64,000 nucleotides of DNA from the IMG/VR virus record IMGVR_UViG_3300042298_003554. The stretch is one strand, 5' to 3'. Of the stretch, positions 60,401 to 64,000 are shown in pieces. This stretch comes from an uncultured virus (IMG/VR IMGVR_UViG_3300042298_003554). Taxonomy: Duplodnaviria > Heunggongvirae > Uroviricota > Caudoviricetes. The notes beneath the pieces are model-generated. The model saw only the letters and a list, made by a program, of their open reading frames with translations. It ran no database searches and was not told the DNA's origin. Positions within the stretch are counted from its first letter, which is position 1. Each line of letters opens with the position of its first letter. Made by a program: the position numbers and the translations under genes.

Positions 60401-62682
60401 TTGTCTCCTCTTCCGTTACCAGGAACACTTCCTCCTTTAGAGAAACCCAAAATACGACCACCGCCACTAGCAGTAGTTGGTCCACCGCCTCCGCCGAAAT
60501 CTTTTCTATCTAAAGTAGCATCTAAATTAACCAAAGCAGCATAAACATTTTCTAGAGAACTATTATTACTAGATAAAGTATTCGTATTATTTTGTAGTGT
60601 TGTATTATAGGTAGATAAACTATTACTAATAGCATTAAAATTAGTATTAAAAGTATTGATACCAGCAGACAATTCCTGTATAGCGGTAGTATCTATTCCG
60701 GAAGATTTGTTTTTTTCATTTTGTATTTGTTGAATTCTTATTTTTTTTTCTGTACTATTTAGTGTTTTATCAGTTCTAATATTTCTAATTTGTTGGGCTT
60801 GAATTTTTCTTTGTGTAGGATCCTGACCAGAATCTGTCGATGTTAACTTTTGATTATTAATAGTATCATTTAAAGTTGATATAGACGATATCAAATTAGT
60901 AACTAATGATGGATCTATAACTTGTTCTTTTTCTTTTGAACTTAGATCAATTAAGGATTGTATTGTTGTAGTAAGAGACGTAAGCTTATCAGAAATACCA
61001 TTCAAAGCTTCTGTATTCTTTTCAATATCTCTACTAGTTTGTTCTGTTTTAGCTCCAACTAAACTACTACCCAAATTACTGCCTATAGATCTTGCTATTC
61101 CGGGTTGTTCTTCTCCCTCTTGTCCTTTTGGTACTTTCTTTAATCCTCCTATAAAACCACCAGCAAATTGAGTAATACCTCGTAAGCTAGCCCCTGCTCC
61201 TAATATTGCTAATGCTGGTAGTACTCCTTTTAATGCGCTAGTAATTTTTATTAAACCACTTGCAAATCCTAAAGCGCCTCTAGCAAGAGTTTGGAATGTG
61301 TCGCTTTGACCTAAACTTCTAATTAAACTTAAAAATTCTTCTCTTACTTTAGCTATTTGATTAGCAAGACTTAATTGAGCTTTTAATGCGTCTGCTGCTA
61401 AACTACCCTGACCAGCTTGTGCGACTTTTAGGGCCTCCTGCGCTGTTGCAAACTGTTGAATTAATGGGATAACTTTGCCAATCTGTCTGAATCCACCAAG
61501 CTCTTCAACAATTTGACTAAATTTTATATCTCTAGGATCAATTCTATTTAATCCTTCGCTAAGTAATTGTACCGCTTTATATGCTCCAACAAATTTTCCT
61601 TCGGCATCTGTTAGTGTTACTCCAAAGTCTCTTAATGCATCTATTGTTCCTTGTCTTTGAATACGAGTAAAAATAGTTCTTAAACCGGTAGCAATAGTTT
61701 CTGCGCTTTCGCGTGTTGTAGCACGAACACTTGTAAAAACAGCAATAAACTCATTTAGAGCATCTGTTCCTTCGCTTACTCCTTTGCTGGCATTTGCAAA
61801 CACACCACCAGTACGTTGAATAGCAGCAATAATATCACTAGACTCAACAGCAAATGCTGCCGCAACACTATTAACACTACCCAATGCTTTTTCTAGTTCT
61901 TTGGCACTAATACCAAACTGTCTCATTAATGCAATAGAACCTTCTACTGTTTGATTAATATCGTCAAAACTTGGAGCAAGGCTACTACGGGCTAATGCCT
62001 CTAATGCTGCTCTAGTTTCTGTTGCACTTAAACCAGCCTGTGCTAAGGTGCTAGAAACCTGAACTAAACTATCAGAGCTAACACCAAGATTGATAGATAG
62101 TCTAGTAATTTCATTTTGTAGATCTTGTAATCCTTCGGCATTTTTGCCAGTTACTTGTTGTAATTTTACTAATTCTTTATCAAACTCTATAAAGCTTTTT
62201 AAACCATTATTAATTGCTCTATTAAGACTAAAAAAGACTCCTGTTACAGCACTAAATGCTGCGAAACGACGAACGGCCAAGGCGCTTTGACGACCAAACT
62301 CTTCCATCTCTGTTCTTGCTACGCTAACATTTTTAGCTGTTTTAGTAAGAGATGATCCAACATTATCTGCGCTTTTTGTTGTTTTGTCTAAATTAGATGA
62401 TAATTTATTAGAAGAACCACTAATAGATGTGACACTTTGACCAAAACTCTTTATGGCAGAAGAGGCTGCTCTGGCATTGGTTGACACATTAGCTAGATTG
62501 GCATTTAATTCTTGTAACGACTTACTTAACCTCGAAGTATTATTTATGCTTGCTGGATCAATATTAAATTTTATATCACCAGTAATAGTTCCTAGTTGTT
62601 TTTTAACATCCGAAACTATCTGTCTAACATTTGATGGTCCACGCAAATTTAATTGTGCGGTTAGATTAAAGGCTTGTGCCAT
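48442..62682 (-). CDS. Tail tape measure protein (TP901-family core), 4746 aa, with embedded enzyme-like domains
   Basis: N-terminal tape-measure core (FDKELVKLQQVTG...LAQAGLS...ESAETIATGLRTIFTRI), long Ala/Gln-rich helical tracts, GTDTVPAMLTPGEFV modules; lies directly downstream of a chaperone-like gene. Confidence 0.9.
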   Translation of the reverse strand: MAQAFNLTAQLNLRGPSNVRQIVSDVKKQLGTITGDIKFNIDPASINNTSRLSKSLQELNANLANVSTNARAASSAIKSFGQSVTSISGSSNKLSSNLDKTTKSADNVGSSLTKTAKNVSVARTEMEEFGRQSALAVRRFAAFSAVTGVFFSLNRAINNGLKSFIEFDKELVKLQQVTGKNAEGLQDLQNEITRLSINLGVSSDSLVQVSSTLAQAGLSATETRAALEALARSSLAPSFDDINQTVEGSIALMRQFGISAKELEKALGSVNSVAAAFAVESSDIIAAIQRTGGVFANASKGVSEGTDALNEFIAVFTSVRATTRESAETIATGLRTIFTRIQRQGTIDALRDFGVTLTDAEGKFVGAYKAVQLLSEGLNRIDPRDIKFSQIVEELGGFRQIGKVIPLIQQFATAQEALKVAQAGQGSLAADALKAQLSLANQIAKVREEFLSLIRSLGQSDTFQTLARGALGFASGLIKITSALKGVLPALAILGAGASLRGITQFAGGFIGGLKKVPKGQEGEEQPGIARSIGSNLGSSLVGAKTEQTSRDIEKNTEALNGISDKLTSLTTTIQSLIDLSSKEKEQVIDPSLVTNLISSISTLNDTINNQKLTSTDSGQDPTQRKIQAQQIRNIRTDKTLNSTEKKIRIQQIQNEKNKSSGIDTTAIQELSAGINTFNTNFNAISNSLSTYNTTLQNNTNTLSSNNSSLENVYAALVNLDATLDRKDFGGGGGPTTASGGGRILGFSKGGSVPGNGRGDKVPALLEPGEVVMSNRAVNKYGRGNLVRMNRYAKGDQVRKIVPQNNTLNKSHIGSDIQISKKNLQNYARNYRSKEFFASAYDNAGVTKQQLESGDFDFNNLIKKMQLRIKDRVILNLPSNWNQALRANNPNLVSQNDLANFIATSEDSLFVGQYGRLPKNDKKDTRQQLVTAIKSLPTKQYTNKNNPPPSEFPSISSFDIDSELDSLKRIITQDNLEESSYIDLLFKPSKFGSSYVSGATGLQRTRTQSRSGAYKELLNSGGLIKKFAGGGEALQSKLSTIRTLLGEFYGSDEQLISKSISNSMIIDEARADKIIANLESSRSQLPLFKKLFSEKSSSVGVLNGFPVARYDAIGGLQSMRFDELKDEETIREFIKRGKLATQASRGPVGKRMVYGDQKAARRRFAVGGTVENIAAKEKKSIETVILEQLSSFGDASGVKKILGLGAGEREISSILNASNIRAGKNIEKAIKFINRALAKTGKTDAAREAKEAAMRKVAIAGLFPLDYNKDFSDWKLEDGREIYGYVRGFQSSFLPQIEAMQEANRATRQKFAEDIQDTAALGGLGNRNIQGPIQPLAIDFDETLALGTKMLDENGKEDLPAYSDRKKVMESLAQARPTSLAKRLASIEQKNPGYVRMYSRILTARPQSTADIIASTLNRFGLPYLEQDVTGVSQGLGTNIAKAKAANVAAAEKLIDDSEENIRATMAAGKSTFRYGEVPELKGPAEEKFGQSNIEGGMLEAALSQLLGYNINVDALQRNRAIDFPQGLGRGAQLFGLPPNIETEVKRTLDGDSFSKAREEFSRYFTENPQAYAKGGAATIGSGSFKFPKRISNAYVREMEKLLEQEQMEKVFSTYPGNERMIVDEEAVQKGYESPFSRELFINSFKDKISRNTVFERMGQFARVIGLPPTDFLSAIPTQLDFGVNYPATALFNKDPSGPGTRGLQGVDLTPYGYTEQDKQDLFGYTKLIEEKKKQILKTIKTSVTTYEDGSFGYDVALTEKLRAELEDLQKQQRSLIDKNNVAIKAAKESRLQSANQSGRGSVGIATNPFNTSQRQDYSILYHELTHQLFNSLRTKNAQSFEAYKAKVASLFSGNNDDVADAFDALVGNTGYNSADVAYGRSYKLSGLSSLMIGSAKKESFEKYVNSDPEYVPELRKTWAETQSTTNAKAFKPLNPRVNDILLRGKISQDVIDKYEDNGKEEFLTTLVQKLPLLDENLSGILDSTLDDLLGGAGISRQKLSVGGLISKLKGGGSVPALVSNGEAFVPPKLAKQIGYGKLERMNQADKNGMTEFSEGGISVFKGPGNGTSDSIPTNLPVGSFVIREKATKALGLNSGGAVGVRKFKDGDKVSYRKHATGIQAPVPDLGFLKTSAILLADSFRTTEQIISNGYSAWQEIDKVAPVLANALDRYFSTINGTVEDASLMMQSYRAVAVSLAKQGKSAAEIDAIMTNYIDALNKGIDAYQNSAPIEPPKSATTYAVTPPSPQIPPDPDDTSTTPKTSLPRTPPPVPKSAEQKLAAAENEAIAQRIETKQNIKSEYDPVYRGASSKEDKQAIQDDARSKFQAADATIQANKAAQQQAILQELLAQKAKEANQSTAEYISGLQQEIDARSVDIMEQDFSNALGPEAPSAPEARQQALNETISSRGLQAFNVPGLGEGTDLNSIIAQVSKNNDLAAEADKAKAAAATRAADALELMRLKAEQNGQTLSQYQSNLKQNILNLAKDLQKSAPGKISKFNETAVSLRGDINSGDEDKITKAKEQLAKQLADLGTNLESSQITTIIDDLAASMGDTDKTFVDIINNSQELQEAFKQSSTDATALQSATQKLSVSLGIPEEALQKLASSAELAASNLYDKNVAAAQKMASTLAKTSLAIGGIGSVISSTIKSLGGSENKDTAVLSTGISSVASTVSTLGASLSQLPGGIKFVLDTMQGMGGGIGKVATSLAPKIMGFIASPMALVGASLAGGAVAIAAGFKEAYNAAREFDLQTSQKRVDESLSRVSDLFAQFEKDTTNIDFLSKIDSELSYGSKQLMKNLETDLKVPKAMWANLLDLDGGSQAAGRSMILEKEGIGSYISSVFSNNAQQAAIGRIAPEKAVETAQKVQPQGQNILKQFENKLRSGMDMDTILAELNAAGNQSAEVLARMNPKINEQIMLIENDRNISEQRKSAIIKEITTSEANRVASVNMKNSMKQIEFEKLGRQTNNFATSLERMFNGMEQAINKTDFELSKLSRSAELSAAALSGNAKAGDVMLDSINVLQNPRAYSGQEQGAAFDQAAGFFGSQADLVRPLLGLGDKLESTVMSTINRSVQANPTGSTEGIASNIRNALDAQLKDLGLPPNIADKLAGQTKLAFEKIRSERGGEDTRLNFDQITEEVPAFAKAISSAQRAQELAVKAMEFYQKNLNEYAQAMNQMVDFQIEANNRMRKASEVQAKGAMELAKTLGQTVSLTETRNVTEAPIRSMTGGLTNPGDIGRNVVNLEAQRRTLQTAADNAGNRGPAAKDEFAVMQNRLRNTNVALRENIDALKQMADSTDLAQAALAKIQEVQARRQAGANLIEKMVTSNPEELARLNASIGRLNNNMRGGLNVGSTAEQRGESLQAFNMLAPLLGDGQQQNELKANVLESMLKESGVGIDSTFQSVLDSLRNPEGDPQMAEAISVYRESLAKQTQANDILGELQRMMSENTAEIAATKLATAISSVPLTFDQQVFNDIRDNIQKLVEIVGKRDEEGKDPIPAQNKRKGGVIYASMGRAIDFAPKGTDTVPAMLTPGEFVVNRAATKANLPLLQNINSKKYSNGGKVRYYNEGGYVLAGGVATAGTGKDDDAPKLQEAVSQSTEKQKTAKNAEQATKLKLPILEQYGDKDFKKLGTIQTDNFIAVGNRGKSGIGESFERIYLGEKIGTLYNNYGSITGTKKAELPKYQKSLFWGIQDIDSIIGSEKQLTKSDIYKNGKDGEFTDLILGYQSLYTKLMEGPSGNTKIETFIKEINTEPLPNISPNFSRKPKRRTRRDGDYKGYSYLKVVEDLIQDNEKSYWGIFDEIPRILKQGGVGFEGVSPFTLADSPAKFAAYVNTPPRVLAGKDLQQDNLDSHNKVDLVNNTIQVIQKTRQALKALSLFDDKILDPGEGAGEKVDTSTVESDASIYNKETLASLDALYKNRIFHTSIGDPDFVKKPITLYNMAEEKWNTIQSDPNYQKAVEDNTAMSNWNDTISIIPIVNNQPNTDNKRQFPWITNDTKLDVSNLKLAQKEFNTEAGDALFKVTETPIGSAGGRFFIPAKTITGNLLNTTSRNYGSPYEYTYIPPKAGDPKLNPLYNTEKPILYAGTSLNEYLGARLPSWNTDTGEMPPVNEEFGSLSSLKLNGQYIGGISSVDPSEFRVIKDLPEDIKPYIIPSSDGTNPILESMTIDATEYQKARDERIKAKEMELTKERASKVTGDRFKKLSTAESAFTTATRTKLAQEIQRIASTTLSAYGIGVPSITKIEDVGGVAGYLNNYLKKIDNKSPQWAEINAWRALFSELYQPGGIGKDAESRIPATVAYLKTFGVDVEKGTVDADGIKQIIAREKAIAISKNASGEIPEDSLKSLDLEASKTKLYTVDKDGNKTEIKSDNIKNPKTIQDVERIGLAPENLFENSEKRQSYLKVLSDYFTKNNLSEFAAAAEGLKPWYTAQDTLLNAGLNNDMLQGSLDALNGNAPKPNTTAGGDRNLEDPVTTIGNKDNYIQHHKLLTADKYGELPDTNRMKDLITVRIQESKTEEQKPENQQALARGGIVYASNGSFINFRPKGTDTVPAMLTPGEFVINRASTQKYRPVLEAINNGNYSRGGIVNYLSGGGYLPLYREGGGGTPAGSGFDFTSFMNNIMVSVSSSITEAFNKAVSALKQPNNSSGGVSNSGGDISSIDNFVNRLNNIANILSNIYIPPQITITGKHDVVVTINGDTVLNQLRPDMAGIAISAIRSAFQDLKAKNPENNTINFDIDINPNDIA

Positions 62683-62713
62683 AATAGATCAAATTCCTAG
62701 GTAAAGATAAAAA

Positions 62714-62749
62714 TATTCCCCGATTAGAATTTCTTCTAGCCGGGGAATA
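62714..62749 (-). terminator. Intrinsic terminator-like hairpin between the chaperone-like gene and the tape measure gene
   Basis: Minus strand TATTCCCCG-GCTAGAA-GAAA-TTCTAAT-CGGGGAATA followed by TTTTTATCTTT. Confidence 0.65.
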
Positions 62750-62779
62750 ATATAACCCAGTATAATATACACTAATTTA

Positions 62780-63688
62780 TTAATTTGTTGAAACTGTTTG
62801 TTCTGTTGGTGCAGAAACTTGGGGTTGGGTATCAACCGCTTGGGAAACTGCTTCAACAGATGGTTCAACTTTATCATCTTTGGGTTGTTCCTCATCTAAA
62901 ATAATTGGATTTCCATTTTCATCAAGGAATGGTTGACTATCAACAAGATACTCTCCATCTTTGTCTACTTTGTTACCGAACTTATCAACAAAGTTACCCT
63001 CTTCATCAATAAATCTACCACTCTCATCTATTAGTCTGCCTTCTCTATCTATTAGCCTACCCTTTTTGTCTACCAAGCGTAATTTCTCATCAATAAATTT
63101 AAATTTCTTTAAAAATTTATTTTCTGGTAAATTAGTTTCATAGTCATTATCTAAGCCATATAACATGTTAGCCAAATTTTGAGCACCCATTATAGCAACC
63201 TTCTCGGTTGAGCTATTTAGATACTCTTCCATATTTTTATATACTGGTTGTTTAGTATCATTATACACCAAACAAACACTTACTAAATAATTAAATCTAC
63301 TATTATCAGCTTGACCTTCTGCGCTATGATTATCCAAGCTGGTACGAACACTAATAAGATCTCGTATTTCATCACGAATACTCTTCATTTTAATAGCTAG
63401 GTCTTTAGCTTCATTTAAACTAAAACCGCCTTTAGCCAAGCGTTTTTCGCCCTCTAGAAGCTCTCGTTGAAGCTCTGTAAATTTAGCTTGTTTTTCGTCA
63501 TTCCATAGTCCCTGATCTTCTAATAGATCATCGAGTTTAGCTCTTACAACACTTTTACTTTTAATAGCATCTGTAAAAGCCTGATTATAAATTTTTTGAG
63601 CTTCTCTCTGGTTATCTAATGTTGGGCTTCGAACCAAATATTCTTTTTCAACACCGTCTACTTCTAATTTAAATGTTTTTGTCTTCAT
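62780..63688 (-). CDS. Putative tail assembly chaperone with D-x-x-G 7-residue repeats
   Basis: Immediately upstream of the tape measure gene; coiled-coil N-half, then VDKKGRLIDREGRLIDESGRFIDEEGNFVDKFGNKVDKDG. Confidence 0.55.
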   Translation of the reverse strand: MKTKTFKLEVDGVEKEYLVRSPTLDNQREAQKIYNQAFTDAIKSKSVVRAKLDDLLEDQGLWNDEKQAKFTELQRELLEGEKRLAKGGFSLNEAKDLAIKMKSIRDEIRDLISVRTSLDNHSAEGQADNSRFNYLVSVCLVYNDTKQPVYKNMEEYLNSSTEKVAIMGAQNLANMLYGLDNDYETNLPENKFLKKFKFIDEKLRLVDKKGRLIDREGRLIDESGRFIDEEGNFVDKFGNKVDKDGEYLVDSQPFLDENGNPIILDEEQPKDDKVEPSVEAVSQAVDTQPQVSAPTEQTVSTN

Positions 63689-63972
63689 ACATCCTTCTCC
63701 TGTTTAAGATTAAATTTATAGGTATACTTACTATTTGTTTTATTTTGTGATAAAAATTTTTTTAAATCATCTAGTGCTGCTCGTGCTTGTTTATTGCCAT
63801 TATTTAGTATGCTATTTCTGGTAAATTCCCAAGCGTCCCATACCGGACTATTGTCTGGTTCATTTTCCCAAACATGACCGAAATTATCTTCGAATCTTGC
63901 TAATGCTCCAATCATAGTGGTTTGAAATCTTTTATATATATTATCTAGTAATTGTTGTTCATCATGAGTCAT
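63685..63972 (-). CDS. Hypothetical protein
   Basis: 95-aa ORF with AGGA upstream, overlapping the next start (ATGA). Confidence 0.7.
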   Translation of the reverse strand: MTHDEQQLLDNIYKRFQTTMIGALARFEDNFGHVWENEPDNSPVWDAWEFTRNSILNNGNKQARAALDDLKKFLSQNKTNSKYTYKFNLKQEKDV

Positions 63973-64000
63973 ATTTATTTCCTATTTTTATTTTGTTGAT

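Noticed and set aside
48374..62704. Numerous short plus-strand ORFs opposite the tape measure gene
   Set aside because: Fully antisense to a long coding gene, lacking RBS or motifs; expected from codon bias.
62689..62895. 68-aa ORF as a frameshifted chaperone extension (lambda G/GT-like)
   Set aside because: No convincing slippery heptamer identified, and the ORF runs through the hairpin with low-complexity sequence.

Overview
AT-rich segment of a large tailed dsDNA bacteriophage genome (standard genetic code, gene-dense, no rRNA/tRNA/CRISPR seen). There are two convergent blocks. The + strand (1-14821) is a replication/modification module. It holds the end of an intein-containing PD-(D/E)XK (Cas4/RecB-like) nuclease and a C-family DNA polymerase (DnaE) broken into three ORFs, with a LAGLIDADG homing endonuclease in the first break and a DEDDh exonuclease in the second. 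It continues with SSB, a GT4 glycosyltransferase followed by several divergent sugar-modification-like genes, a Vsr/EDxHD-type endonuclease, a probable ssDNA-annealing protein and a Zn-ribbon protein. The - strand (14825-63972) is a virion tail module. It holds a probable tail assembly chaperone, a 4746-aa tape measure protein, two paralogous fibre-like proteins (FN3; circularly permuted FGE-sulfatase/CLec domain), a run of genes built from one Cys-rich ~125-aa repeat, a Pro/Thr-linker beta-propeller protein and three large tail-tip/baseplate-like proteins. Best candidates for undescribed biology: (1) the tape measure protein organised like a polyprotein, with enzyme-like cargo domains (HAD, PD-(D/E)xK, HExxH zincin) bracketed by recurring [FYL]-x-x-GG motifs; (2) the intein-free, endonuclease-fractured DnaE with a duplicated junction segment and an RBS-sequestering hairpin; (3) the multi-gene Cys-rich repeat family. 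All product calls come from reading motifs by eye; no searches were run.
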